Assembly (NCBI GenBank): GCA_004022145.1
Contig: RCNU01000002.1
Strand: one strand, 5' to 3'
DNA: 64,000 nucleotides
Origin: Paecilomyces variotii
Lineage: Eukaryota
Positions 1-13,700 of the stretch are shown here, in pieces. The notes under the pieces are model-generated. The model had not been told where the DNA came from. It saw nothing but the letters and a program-made list of their open reading frames with translations, and did not search any database. The stretch's first letter is position 1; each line of letters starts with the position of its first letter. Made by a program: the position numbers and the translations under genes.

Positions 1-404
1 GCGAATTCCTTTCTCTTTTAATCTATTGATTGCATAGCTTCATATATCACAGCTTCACCCTGTTGTGTCCCACAGTCCACTTCCACTCTGGCAGGACATG
101 GAGATATCTCGGAGACGCCCTAGGAGCTCCACCAAAAAGAAGGGCTGGTGGATCCCCTCGGTCGGAGGCTTTATCGTTAGGCTATTTAATCAAAAGCTGA
201 AGTTCTCCCTATCTAACCTCGGCATCACCCGTCACCACCACACGGGGATCGTAGTAATCAATTAATTCACTACCTAACTAACTAACTGGAGACCAGGTCA
301 AAGCACTGTCCGAGGAAGCTGGGATCCAGAAGGGTGCAAAACTTCCTTTGCCCTGTTGATCACCACTGTCCTCACCTACAGTCAACCTTCGTATTAACGG
401 AACA

Positions 405-1712
405 ATGGCCTGGTTCACTGAAAACACCTCGTCTTTCCTGTCCGATACCCTTGCCAACCAGCAGACCCGTCTGCCCTTTTTCGCAGTAACGGGCGCGTCG
501 TTTGCCCTGGGTGTATACTTGCACAGCCTCTTGTCGCGGAAAGACGATACGCCTCGCATCCTCGCCTCCCCGCTAAGCACGCTGGTGCCTTCGTTGACAG
601 ATGCCGATAAGGCGAAACTGCCCATCCCTCTCGATGTGCTGCCAGGTGCGCGCGACGTCCTCACACCATATGGTTCGATTCGAGTGTATGAATGGGGCCC
701 GGAACATGGAGAGAAAGTCGTGTTCGTCCATGGTATCACGACCCCGTGTCTGGCAGTAGGTGGAATTGCGCATGAACTGGCAGACAAGGGATGTCGAGTG
801 ATGCTGTTCGATCTGTATGTCGTCCTTTAATCCTCAACATCGTCTACCCATATCATCGTCAATTTCCCGCGGAAAGCACCTGCTAACAAGTCCAGTTTCG
901 GTCGCGGCTATTCCGACTCCCCTGGAGACATCCCGCAAGACACGCGCCTCTTCAGCACACAGATCATGCTGGCGCTTTCTTCTTCTCCCATCTCATGGAC
1001 TGGAAATGGCTCCAAGTTCCACTTGGTCGGATACTCCCTGGGTGGTGGAATCGCAGCCGCCTTCGCATCCTACTTCCCCCAGCTCCTGGCGTCTGTGATT
1101 CTTCTGGCGCCCGCAGGCTTGCTCCGCGACACCCATATAAGCTTGCAGTCGCGTCTGCTCTACGAGACCAGCATTATTCCCGAGAACATCCTCGCGTACC
1201 TAGTTGGCCGACGCCTCAAGTCGGGTCCTCTGATCAAGCCCAAGCCACGGAGCCAAATTAAGTCTTCTGGGGGAGAGGAGGTTAAGGACAGCAAATTGAG
1301 TGCTGAAGACGCCCTTACGGAAGAGCTCCAACTCGATGCGCCGCAGCGTCTGTCGAGAGCCTATCCGAACATCACCGTCCCCGCCGCGGTCAACTGGCAG
1401 GTGCACACTCATCAGGGTTTTGTCCAGTCGTTCATGTCCAGCATGCGACACGGACCGATTCTCAAATCGAGACAGTTGAAGACATGGCAGCGGCTGGGTA
1501 AAGCCCTTTCCGATCATTCCGGATTGAAAATCCTTATCCTCTGCGGCGACCATGATAATATCATCATCAGGGACGAGCTCGTGGAAGACGCGACAGCAGT
1601 GCTGGGCAAGGAGAGTGTAGAGTTTGGTTTCTTCGATGCGGGACATGAGTTCCCCAGTACGAAACCAGAGGAGGTGGCTGAAAGGATCCTGTCGTTCTGG
1701 GGCAAGGTGTGA
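405..1712 (+). CDS. Alpha/beta-fold hydrolase with N-terminal hydrophobic anchor; 2 exons (intron 815-895)
   Basis: FVHGITTP oxyanion motif, GYSLGG nucleophile elbow and C-terminal D...GH. Removing the GTATGT...CTAAC...CAG intron restores DLFGRGYSD. Confidence 0.9.
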
Positions 1713-3051
1713 GTTCCAGCCTAGGACTCCATCCTTGGTTACGATTTCCTTCATTCATCCCCCGTCTTGATTCTTCCGCGGTTCCATTTCAACTTAGCGC
1801 TATGCATTACGGTTCATTATTATTGTCATGCCTTGTGTTCTTTCCCATGTACATACACATACACATATAGACCTCTAGAGCAACAACTTCTGCACATGTA
1901 TATACACAGTACACAAATATACATAGAGTAGACATTACATACCACATATTATATCTCTATACAGACATACACAACTCCTTTACCTATTCATGAACTACAC
2001 ATACATAAATCACAGCAACCAAAACCAGTCAACCAAGAAGATCCAAGTTACCTAAGTACTCAAACCTCAGGCACAAACCTTGTACAGTACATACAAACCA
2101 CCATCCACATCACCACGTGTTCACGTAGCATGTACATGTACAATGTACATGTAGAGTACAATACATGCATATATGCAAGTCAACTTCAAGCCGCTGTACA
2201 TATTACTTGCAGTACATATTACCCGGGAAAAAAAAAAAAAAAACTTAATCTGGCATTCCCGTCTTCACCGCCGCATAACAACAACTTTCATACCCAACCT
2301 CAGCTCCGAGAAGGTCCCTGAATCTCAGTTCCCTCGCGAAACCCTGCATTTGGGATCGTATCGTATACTGGTCGATCTGGTTAACAACGCAGCAACTTGG
2401 TTCGATTTGAAACTTTGCGGGTGGTTCGCAGATAGATGAACCACGTTGATGCTGGGGGGGTTTGGTTTGTTTTCTCCGGTTTCTCCGGTTTCTCCTACAG
2501 GGTGGGCAGTGTGGTTGTGGGCTATAGGCGTTTTCTATGGGTATATAGAATTGAGAACGGCGGTGAAGGAATTTTGAGGGAAACAGGGGGGGGTTGCTAC
2601 GTCACGAGGAGGCTCACAAGAGCCGCTTGTTTTTTCAGACGAAATGCTTGCTGATATGTCCCAAGGGGAGACGGAACTGTTTGATCGACATTTGTAATAT
2701 GTGTAATTGTTCAATGCAGTTCTTTCTTGATGCCCAATATCTCTTAGGAGAACATGATGGACTCCGATGTTCATCCCACACCGGAGTTGCTGATCAACCA
2801 AAATGAGACCCTAACACCGCGCTTCCAAACCATGTGCCCTGTCGAGATGATATCTAACCGTCATGAAGATGAACCAAAAGGTATATGAGAAAAGTAAAAA
2901 AAGAAAAATCAATAATGATACAAGGTGTCAAGGAAGAAAAGAAAAGGTCGAAATGTGGAATCGGAACTTGAGCCCCTCCCCCGCACTAGATAGACCGCCC
3001 CCTGCTTTGGCGGCCCCCAGAACGAGTCTTTGGTAACTCGAGCACGACAGC

Positions 3052-3386
3052 TCACCGCCGGCTTGGGAATAGGCTGTTCACGTTGTTGATTTGCCTCTGC
3101 AGCTCTGCGCTGTGCTGTGCGCGGTTTGACATTGCGGCTTTGGCATAGTATGGGCCGTTGCCGGTGTTAACATATTCATCTTTTGTCACTGGCGGGACAT
3201 GACGGAGGGCATCTGCGGTGAGGCGTCCTTGGCCATGGTTGTTTCCATGAGCCGCTGCATTGTTTGTTCTACCAGGATGGAAAGCGGCCGTCAGTTGCAG
3301 GCAAAGGAAAGCAGGCACAGTGACAATCCTGGGACGAAAACCAGAGAGCCATACCCAGAAAAAGCTTGGCCGGGATTTGAAGACAT
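3052..3386 (-). CDS. Small hypothetical protein, 82 aa; 2 exons (intron 3354-3269)
   Basis: MSSNPGQAFSG joins TNNAAAHGNNHGQG...FPSRR* in frame across a canonical GTATGG...CTGAC...TAG intron. No recognised family. Confidence 0.6.
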
Positions 3387-4422
3387 AGTTAGGCACGCAA
3401 TGTGAAGGGCAGAGATAGATGGCCCCAGAGCAACGAGCCGATCAAGTCGGATATAGCGATGCAAGAGAAAGATAACGAACTCCAATCACGCTGGGAAGAA
3501 AGAGAGAGGATGTTATATAGCGTGTTATATAGCGTTGTGAGATCGATTGACACCTTCACGAGTGCAAGTAGTATACCCAAAGAGGGAGGCAGTAGGGGGA
3601 GCCAGATGTCAAGAAGGAAAGGGACCCGGCCATGTTCGAAGAACATTATATACTCAGGCACAAATGCTAGCTCCGGTCTATGGGAAAATGAAATCGAGTC
3701 GAGGCATCCGCAGGCAACTAGTAGAAGGGAAGGGTGAGAAGGAAAAAAGGATTATAAGAAAGTGCACCTCGACCGACACCGGGGCTCATCACCACGACAG
3801 CGGATCAGATTTGTTTGGCCAGCTCAGTTGGTTCCTGCAGACATCAATCCACCAGCCACAATGGCACCCCAGTTAGATGAGCCTGGAGACAATAAGGTAT
3901 GTCATTCTGCGTTGAAAAAGATGGTCATTGGATGTAATTGGATCGTTCCCCAGGCACCAGCACCCTCGGAGAAGGATATGGAGCGGATGGATGCACGGCC
4001 ACAGTGAAGCTCCTGTAAGTCGTATTTGCCACATAAGATTTATGCCCGTCAGGCGGAAAAGTCGAAACATCCAGGGAATAGAGGGGTGCAGGTGTCTGTC
4101 TGGGTCTGCGCCTCAACTCTCAAGACCCTCAGGGCCCTGGTGGATACCAGAAACCATTTCGACTCGAATGGATCGTCAATTCCTAAGGTAATTTCTCCCG
4201 CCTCACTCCAAGGCAAACAGCTATGCCCTGAAGATGGTGAACATTCGGCGAGTACGGGGTTTGGACGGGTGCGATAATGATTCCGCTCCGAGTCCAGACT
4301 TTGACGACCCCGGGCGATAAGCGTCAATTCGTCGGGAGAGATGTGGAAAACGAATGCGCAGGTTGCGGGGATAGGTATGCCTTGTGATCAGCCTAGTAAA
4401 GAGGGACACCTACTCCGTAGAA

Positions 4423-4458
4423 GATCATTTGGTCCAGACCGATCATTTGGTCCAGACC
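4423..4458. repeat. Perfect 18-bp tandem duplication (GATCATTTGGTCCAGACC x2)
   Basis: Read directly from the sequence. Confidence 0.9.
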
Positions 4459-5624
4459 GTACCGGCCCATCTGATCTTTCATTCCCTCATCGTCGAATAT
4501 AACAAGCTACGCAATCCAAGGTGCTCGTGTCTGTGTCGTTAACGGTTGCCGCTATCCCCGAGACGTCATCATACTTGCTGCTAGGCCAACAAGAGAAAGC
4601 GTTCGAGCAGAGGCGGACGATCCTCATAATCATGCTCTCTCTAAGTATCTGTCACGGGGTCCCCTTACAACTTCAAGATGGAGCACATCCAAGAGGATTT
4701 TGTATGTCTAGGAGAGCGTGTCCTCTTGTATTCTTCGATTGCGTCGTGACAATGTTCAGTTGGTGGGAGTAAACATGCTTACGGCAGGGTGGCCTGAGCT
4801 CTTCGTTTCGAAGATCCTTCTTCCCTAGCTGTGACACCCCAATGTATTCGCAACAATTGACCACACAAGGGAAGAGTTCTCCGAGGTTTGAATCTAGACC
4901 TGGAACAAAGTCGGATGGTCGAAGAACATCTCGGGGTCACACAGTGATCCGTCCTCACATCGGCTAGGTCTGTGTAATTTGCGTCATCAGTTTGAGAGTC
5001 GACAGAAAGCTATCAGGAGAAACGATAGCCAATTAAACAACCTGTGCTTGGCCACCTAGACAATCGGTTTCTGTAAAACACCGATTTAGGGATTGTTGAG
5101 ATCCGATGCGCGCCGGGACCTAATGTTCGGGGAGATTGGAGAAACGCCTTGTGGGACGTGGGTTCACTTAATGTTCCGGACCGCGCAGATCCTACAAGTA
5201 GCATGCATCCTGTTAGGCACCGGGGACCTGGTACCTGATTTCGCGTGACCCCTAGGTTGAGGTCACCTAATGAAATGGCCTGTTTCAACTGTCCTAGTAG
5301 GAACAAGAGATGCCCCTGGTAAGAGACCGGAGCTTCATTCGTACTCCATCTGGGTGAGAAGGATATGAACTGCGCCTCGTGCAGGGTATGAGGGTGCTAG
5401 CTGTCTAGTCAAATCGTCGGCTATCGAAAACACATGAAGCACGGACTGGGGGTTGTTGATGAATGGATCCATGATGATGATGATGATGATGGCTGCCTAC
5501 CTAGGTTAGACACCGAGTTTGCAGTTCTAATCAATTGAGTATATGAAACTGTACTGTTTATCATTCATCAAGAGAGATCCCCATTCAACGAGCAGCCAAT
5601 CATAACCTGTTCACATCTTCTCCA

Positions 5625-5695
5625 GCATCATTGGTCTAGTGGTAGAATTCGTCGTTGCCATCGACGAGGCCCGTGTTCGATTCACGGATGATGCA
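5625..5695 (+). tRNA. tRNA-Gly (GCC), intronless
   Basis: GCATCAT/ATGATGC ends of the acceptor stem, D-arm TGGTCTAGTGGTAGA, anticodon stem CGTCG/CGACG around TTGCCAT, T-loop GTTCGATTC, and a downstream T6 run (Pol III terminator). Confidence 0.97.
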
Positions 5696-6309
5696 ATAGA
5701 ACCACCAATTTGCTTTTTTGCTTCTGCCGCTCTTTGTTTTTGAACCCGGGAAGATCAATTCCAGCATTGACACAGCCAGGGTGACTTTGTAGCGATATGC
5801 TGTGGCTTAGATAGCTCACAAAGAGCTATGATTGAAGTGCTGACAGCGTGTCTGCCTCCCGAGTTCCGACTGTTTTGTTTTGATTTTGTGTGGCTTTGTG
5901 CCTTGCTGCCTGGATCTGTCCTTCTCCACGTGACGATATATCCGCTGTGTCTTGGCGTCGGAGATCCCACTTATCCAACCGGAAAACAACCTCCAGTTCA
6001 GACCGTAAAGATACCTCCGCTGGTAGTGTAGTATCCTTCAGTCATCTATCAAAATAGTCACAGGTCCCCTGATACGTTTCTTCCCCTGTTGAGTGGTGAC
6101 CAAGGCGCACAATGGTCTTACAGCGGAGCGGGGCAGCTTGAGCGGGATCCAAATATATATTGTGAAGAGGTAAGCCTCTCTCAGATGCACAGCTTCCTAA
6201 ACAACAAGGACAGAAATGGGCTACAAAGTACTTGGAAACTGATGGTTGCAATATTCTTCTCGCTAAATCTTACCTGTCTTATTAGCCACCAACGAGGAAA
6301 CTTCATATC

Positions 6310-7436
6310 ATGACGAATCAGACCTTGCCTCTGAATGCTATACAGCAAAAGATATGGGAGGGGAGACTCCCCCTGGAAATAGTCCTTTCTCCACCGGAGT
6401 GTCGAACGTACGACCAGGCTGATTCATATCTCGTAATAACATTCCAGTTCCTAGAGAGTGTTGCAGTTATGCTCATATCTTTGCTACAGATATCGTACCC
6501 ACGACTGTCATATCTCCCCTCCTTGTTACCTAGGTTGCATGCATTTTTCTCGACCTCACTGATAGAACCTGATACGAAGGCCCATGAAGGCTGGTTCTCA
6601 TTCGAGGGAGTGCCTCTAAAGTGGCATTATCCAGTCGGGCTTCTCTATGATCTCTATGCTGGTGCCGATCCACCTTCGAAGGCCGGCGGAGATGAGCACC
6701 CATCTCACCCTGGAGACGACGAAAACAATCGACCGCTTCCATGGCGGCTGACTGTGCATTTCAGCGACTGGCCTCATGAAGATCTTGTCAGGCTCGATCC
6801 GGATGGGATAGTCATGCACGACGCTTTCATTAACAGTGTCAAGGAGGCCGACTTCCTTCGAAATGGAAATGCCAAGGGAATCATGAGTCTCTCCAAAGAA
6901 GACTCGTCCGGTCTTTGGAAAGCCGTGCAAGAGAGTAAGTGCTTATATACGTTCCCTTTGTTTTGGCGATCCTCTACCTATCATAATATAAATACATTCC
7001 GGCTTGTTCAAGACGATAAAGTAGCATTCTAACCCCCCAGACAGATGACTTATCTTCCTATCAACGGATATCCAGCATTCTACTTCCGCCTTCATCCCAG
7101 CCATTCCGCAATGTCCCAATTCGAATATTCCTCCCTCTCCCACCTGACTCTGGATCCCCATCGCTCAAAGTCCTCCAGTCACCCCTCCCGCCAATAGCAA
7201 CGGCGTCCACATCCAGCAACCCGCGCAGTTCCATCATCGGCACCCAAACTCAGACAATCGGTACAGCACTACATTCTCTTCTTCCCAATTTATTTCCTAG
7301 CCGGAGGATTCCCGTGCTCGCGAAACCGGTTCTCCATGGTGCGGTCGTGCCGATGTCTGCCCCAATAGAAGAGGTGGTCAGGAGTTCCGCATATGGTGAT
7401 GGATGGGCGGCAATTGTCATTTCAATGGTTGGGTAG
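6310..7436 (+). CDS. atg5: Autophagy protein Atg5; 3 exons (introns 6433-6489, 6935-7044)
   Basis: [45 protein letters not shown] and [10 protein letters not shown] are Atg5 hallmarks; the splice sites restore the frame. Confidence 0.95.
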
Positions 7437-8212
7437 GTCGATTAATGAACCAAGACTTGTTTGTGCATATGAATGTCTATTTTCTTTCTCTTCTTCTAGA
7501 CACGCAGCATACTATGCCGCATTTAAAGCTTTCATATTCCATATTTTTTTTTGGATTCCCGACTATGTGAGCTCTGTGCATATTGCCTTTGGATGGAAGG
7601 ATCATCTGGATCATAGCGGAGGATGCGATTGACTTGGATGGGTTAACTAGTCATCCTTCCGTCTCATAGAGCCCTGTTTGTTACAGCCTAGCAGGGAGGT
7701 AGAACCAAGAGATGACACCGATAACCTGGTCTGGCCAGTAGGCATGTGAATATAACCGCTGTGGCTGAATCTGGGCGCTTACTTTCCCTGTTCCGTCCCT
7801 TGACTACTGGACAAGGGGGAGATGAAGATCCTTCAAGGCGAGAAATTACAGTTCTCCTATTCCCTTTTGTCTTACAGGAGGAATGTGTTTGAAGATTCAT
7901 AACTCTGCTGATATTCAGTCGCACCCTGGCGTTCATAATTCGGTATTGCTACCGTCTGGTAATATATCTAGATAAAGACCAGTTTCCCTCCAAGATACAA
8001 GAATACATATGTAGTAAACCAAAAGAGCGCTCAGGGAGGGAGGCCCGCCAGTCCCAATTTTACCCGGAAATAAGTGGCTGTGTAATGGAAAGTGTCAGAT
8101 ATGGAATCAATGATAAAACAAATATGTTCAGTTGCAGATCAGATATAATGAGATTCGTGAGGGTATATTGGTATCGTATCGTCGTAACAACGTAAATAAG
8201 GAAAAATAAGAA

Positions 8213-10749
8213 TCAAACATTGTTGCCATTGACCTGGATGGAGTCACCGTCTTCCTTTCCACGTTTGAGAGCCTTGGCCAGCATGAGCTCTCGCATCCAG
8301 TCGATCCGCTCATCTCTTGTCTTCACTGCGAAGTGGTGAGATTTGCCGTTAGTGAAGATCGCCTTGCGATCCACCGTGGCAGTGTTGTTGGTGGAAGGAA
8401 TCAGGGAGAAAGCAAACGCGGCTTCATCGATCGTGTTTTCCCTACGTTTCAACACGGTCTTCTTGAAAGCAGCGGTCAGCTTGGAGCTGGATGCAAGCGA
8501 GGAGCAAGCAACAGCATAGTCGTCCACGTCGATATACTCTAGGGCTTTGGAGTCACGCCGAGAGGCCCGCTCATCGGCATACATGGAGAGCTGAGTGCCC
8601 TTCAGTACGAAGTGGTGGTCTTCCCACTCGTGGCGCAGGAGACGCGTCGTCTTGCGCTTCTTCATCCAGCCGCTATGGGTGACATCGTTGGCATTGCGTG
8701 GAGCATATGTGAATGGGCTTCTACCATGATTCGTTGCTCGAGGAGTACGGCTGAGATCTTCTGGGGTCTCGATGGGGTCATACACATCGGTTTCATCCAG
8801 ACGGTCGAGGGTGGGGACATTCTGGGAAGTATTCCTGCGATGGTTGTCAACCTTAGTTGACGATGGTCGCTGAATAGGATCATGTCTGGGCATGAAGTCA
8901 GAGCCGAAACGCATGTCGGGCGGCACAGACTGAGACTCCTGGCGGGGTATAGGGCCAATAGGCACAGCAGTGATGGGGACGTCCATCTCTGAGAATGGAG
9001 TACCCTGCCGATATACAGACTCCTGACGGTAGTACTCTGAAGGCGACATCATCGAGCCATAGGTAGGTTGGTTATGAGAGACTGGAGTGGCTCCCTGAGG
9101 TGAGAATGGACGTCTCTTGTGCAATACGGAAGGGGTAATAGTGCGTTGTGCTGAGAGCGTCGCAGAGAAGCTCCCAGGTGCCGGGTTTCCGTTCATTGAT
9201 GGGATCCTCAGTTTCGGAAGATTACGCAGGTTCTCAGTCAGAGTGACATTTGTCTTGACGGAATCTGGCGAGTCTGCAACTGGAGACGCAAACGCTTCTT
9301 CAGGGGGGCTCGCAGGGTTGTTGACTGGTTGCAGTCGGTTCAGATGCTGAAAGTTGAGGAACTGGCGCACATTCTCCTGGGGATCCCGCTTTTGGACTTC
9401 ACTGAGCTTCTGCTCTGATATTTGGAACTCAGGAGTGTTAGGCCCAAGCACATCGGACGATGCGACAATAGACGGTGACATATCCGACTTGCTTTGGCGG
9501 ACGAGGTTCGGTGCTGTAGCGGGATTCCCTGGGTCACCAGTGAGGATGCTGCCGCCAGAGAGAGACTCGAGAGACTCAATAGGTAGGTCTTGAGCCAGAC
9601 GAGCGAGCTTGCGCTGCTGCCTCTGCCATTTGGGACAGTCTCTGCCCTTAGAGCAGCTGTGAATCTTCGGGAGTAACTGCTCAATGGCAACTATAGACGC
9701 CGACTCACCAGGGCGCACATCCTCCGTGTTGCGACGGTGGTGACGATGCTTTCGTCGGCGCTCCCTGGTTGGAGTGTCGGCATTCTTGTCGTCCGACGAC
9801 GGGGAACCGTTGTACTCTTGGCGTGGAGGTGTAGAGGAGTGGTGAGATGCAGGCTGAGAACTGCTCCTCGACGACTCTGGCGGGGACTGTCGCGAGACGC
9901 TGTTTTCCTGGGCCTCGCCATTTCGGAGCTGTTGGATAGAGTTCATCAGACGGCGTCTCTTACCGAATGAATGGATCTCTAGTTCTTTCAGGTCCTCCGC
10001 TTGAAGCTCAAGCAGAATTGCACCAGAGATGTCATTGATGAAGAACTTTTCAACAATGCTCTCATCGAAGTCGGAGTCCTGCAGCCATTTCACAACGTCT
10101 GTGGGAGTCCAGCTCCCAACATCCGTTTCATGTGATTCAATCGCAGGTTGCGATATCGTGGGTTGCCTGGAATACTCATTCCGCAGTGATATTTGATTCC
10201 GGGCTGCTTCGACTGCTGATGTAGACGGCCCAAGACCAACGGCAGGGCTGACTGGGGAGGAGTCCTCGAGGATAAAGTCTACCTCGAAAGATGACTTGAT
10301 ATCCGAGCCATCCAGCGAAGATCGGAAGAGATGTGGCCCGACCGGGCCCATGACGGGCTTTTCATCAAAGTGGAACTGAAACTGATCTAGTCCTGTGGAA
10401 CCGGGAGTCTGGACCTCCTCTGTAGACACAGTTGAGATACTCTTTGTTGCCAGCTGGAAAGGGCCCCGTTAGTCTAGATTTCCAGTGACAAGGTGATTTG
10501 CTGGAACTTACACTTCCCCGTGGGGAATCAGCAGCGTAGAGCTCGACGTAGTCTTCATCATAGTCAGTGTCGAAAATCTCCGTTACGTTGGAGAGAGGTC
10601 GTTGTGGCGTCGAACTCCTGGGGTTCATAAATGAGCCTATATCGCCAGTTTGCAGTACTTGCAAGCTCGACCGGTGTCCTGGTTCGACAGCCTGTATCAA
10701 TGTTAGGAAGGCCAGCATGTTCAGACAAGGACGTAGATATGCATACCAT
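8213..10749 (-). CDS. SAM- and PH-domain protein (Boi1-like polarity protein); 3 exons (introns 10746-10692, 10511-10454), first exon only ATG
   Basis: SAM domain (WTPTDVVKWL...NDISGAILLEL...LEIHSFGKRRRL) and C-terminal PH domain (HSGWMKKRK...WEDHHFVLKG...RIDWMRELM). The canonical introns join in frame. Confidence 0.88.
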
Positions 10750-13700
10750 TTTGCGTGTCACGACCAGGGGGCCGTAGTAGAAGGTCTATCCCAAACAAAC
10801 AATGTGAGGGTAATCTTTTGCGCTAGCAATGAAGATGACAGGAGCCGTCCGTGGCGATACTTGCTTCAACAGGATGGAAGAGTAAAGGGAACAAGAGACT
10901 TTACACTTTGAAATATACACTCGAGGGAAACTATACATGAGCGATGGAAAGCAGAGTTTTAAAAGCACGATGTGGGGTAAAACGGCTGAGGAAACAGAGG
11001 GTGGATTTTGCACGTTATATGTACATACATGGCTTTCCAGGTCTCTTCTGAATATTGGGATAGCGCGGTAACTTCCATAAGCTAGGACGCCTAGGACTCT
11101 GCAGATTCGACAAGATTGTGACGAATTGCGGTAGTACTGTGAGGCTTGCATTAAGCGGATGAAACGAACCCAGCGATGGATGAGATTGCAGAGCTCTTCT
11201 TGTCTACCCTTGTCTGCTCCACGCTGGTTGGCGTATCATTTTCGAGATTTAATTATGGCTCTCTCGGCACGGAGCGGCGGGAGGATCCTACATGCTTCTG
11301 CAAGCTCGTTGGATGGACTTCGAGAATTTCCGCCTGTCGCTGGGCGCGTTACTGAGCATTGAAGGAGGTTGTGATGCGGGCGGATAGAGAATGGTCCTGA
11401 CAGGTCAGACGGCGTGCAGCTAAAAGCGCCCAGCACGCCCGTCGACCGTTCAGAGAGCCAGTCTACGCGCCGAGTCCAGCATCCCTGAAGCGCTAACGGC
11501 CTCAGCGTGCAGCAGAAAAAGAAAATGAAGACTCTGAATGATCAACGACTGGACAGACAGCGGTATTCTAGTGCAGTAGCTCGAGTGACGAGCAGAATCA
11601 CCCCGACTGGCGATCGATACCTCTCCGCCAGTCTGCTCGTTGCGATAGGGTCACGCTCAGTAACCACCCGATTTGGCCGCAATGTCGATAAATATAGCTA
11701 ACTTGGGAAGAATTGATCTCCATTTTCCTGCATGCATGCCGTTAATAATAATATCTCTCAGAATAGCATAATTCGATCTCCAGTCAAACCTGCCAGCCAC
11801 CAGTCATTCACTGAATAAGCATCTATGCATACTTCCTTAACTTAGTGGACTCATTATCTCCTTCCAAGATGCTATGCATCAGCGGTGACGAATGAAAGGC
11901 TGCAAAGAGAGGACTCTTCAGAAGCGAAAATTCAAGGTTACGCTATCCAGTGCCATCATGTCATCTTTCGTTCTGGAGTGGTCGATGGCAGGCAGAGTCA
12001 AATGTCACCTGTAGGAACTTTGCTAGTGTGGTGCTGAGCGATATCGCAACCCCAGAGAGAAGCAATTAATACAGTGCGTTCCAAAAATTGCAACAAGCGA
12101 TCGAGAATCAACTGATCTCTGTGTCTGCATCAATTCCGCTTGGGATCGGCAAGAATCATGGCGATACTCGACTGTGCCGATTGCCGCCCGATATCTAGTG
12201 TCCGTCGTGAAGGAAGATCCTCTCCACGAGGACATGCTTCCTTTCCATGGGTCCGCAGCAGATGAATAGGGCGAAACAATTGCAGCCTGTAAAGATAAAG
12301 GCGACTGTAGCATCGAAGTTCGTCTCGGATTTGGCCGTGGGGATCGGCAGTTGCTAGCAAAGTAGCGTCTTGTTGCCGCCCAGGGTCACGGGGGATCTCA
12401 ATAGCAGCCCGATCTGGTAGTCACATGGCTGGGAAATCAACCCGGTTTTTCTCTACGTACGCAGCCCGATGGTGCAAATGTTCTTCGCAAAGATGGCCTT
12501 GATAGGGGAATCCAGCAATAAAAGAAGCCTGATCGAAGGAGCCAGTCAGGGTCTTTTTCGCCTCACATTTATGCACCTCTAGTCGTTTTGGGTTGGTTTG
12601 AACGAGCAATTTTCACCCTTCTGCTCAATTGATTTGTTCAATAATGACTAACTACCCTGCAGAAAAACCTCATCAATATTATAATTACATGGCCCAAGCT
12701 TCCATTAGTCGCCCATCATAAGATCACCGCTGCGCCACTTTCCGCTGATTCTGGGCAGCATCGATACTAGTCCCTATCAGTGCGGGGTTGTCCTTGTCTT
12801 ATGATGTCTACGGAGTATATAACCAGGAATAATCTTCCAGCCGAGGTAGACGCCTCTGGAGCTGGGACCTCTAGGCGTCAGATGAGTGCATGTCACTTCA
12901 GCGCGAGCAAGGTACCAGCAGCGAATCCAAATGTTACTGTTCGAGGGAATTGGACAGTGCGTGCCATGCGGAGGAGCCGGTGGTGACATCGGAGGGGGAC
13001 AAAAGTACAACTTGGGCACCAGCCATTTTCCACGAAGGGCATATGCTGGGGTTCGTCCAGTTACTTTTCATACTATGGTCGTTCGTCTTTCTTCACCGCT
13101 CCTATCAGTCTGATTTTGATGGCTGGGAACCGGTGATCCAGTAATTAGATATTGAGATCACCTGGAAAGATAGTATTTGTGCTTTTCGTTATGTTGCGAA
13201 GCAGGTTTCAGCCCTTCACGGTCATCCAAACAGTAAGTCGCTGTCTGGGAGAAAAGTATGGTGGAGAAATAGAAACAACTAGGTATCGCATACGCACTCG
13301 TAAGTTCTAATATCGAGGGCCGATCCGATCTACGGAGGGGTTTTTATCGATCATCACGATCGGCATAATGCATACTCTGCGGCACAAATCTACTCTGTAA
13401 GTAGACTACTCTTGTAAATTAATGAACATTATTTTATCCATTCCTTGAAGCTATCATCGGACATTATTCATGCACTGTCCTCTATCAAGTCTATATAGTT
13501 GGCTATGAAATCCCAGTTGTGAATATTCCGGCCGCGTTCCGCTCTATACTACGCGCGAATCATTATTCTGGTTACCATATCAGCAGAATCGATGAAATTT
13601 AACACGTTCTTGACACCTTGGGCAATGATTTATTTTCGTTTAATATCCTATATTACCGCCCTCCTATTTCGGAAGCGGGGTTCGACACCCAATATCCCCC

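Noticed and set aside
2300-2620. RNase MRP/P RNA (GAGAAGGTCCCTG resembles conserved region I)
   Set aside because: There is no matching P4 3' strand or P3 hairpin in the expected places.
5030-5330. CCTA/TAGG-rich stretch upstream of the tRNA (possible LTR relic)
   Set aside because: No TG...CA ends, target duplication or second copy visible.
13660-13695. GGTTCGACACCC, a tRNA T-arm/B-box-like sequence
   Set aside because: No acceptor, D or anticodon arms around it.
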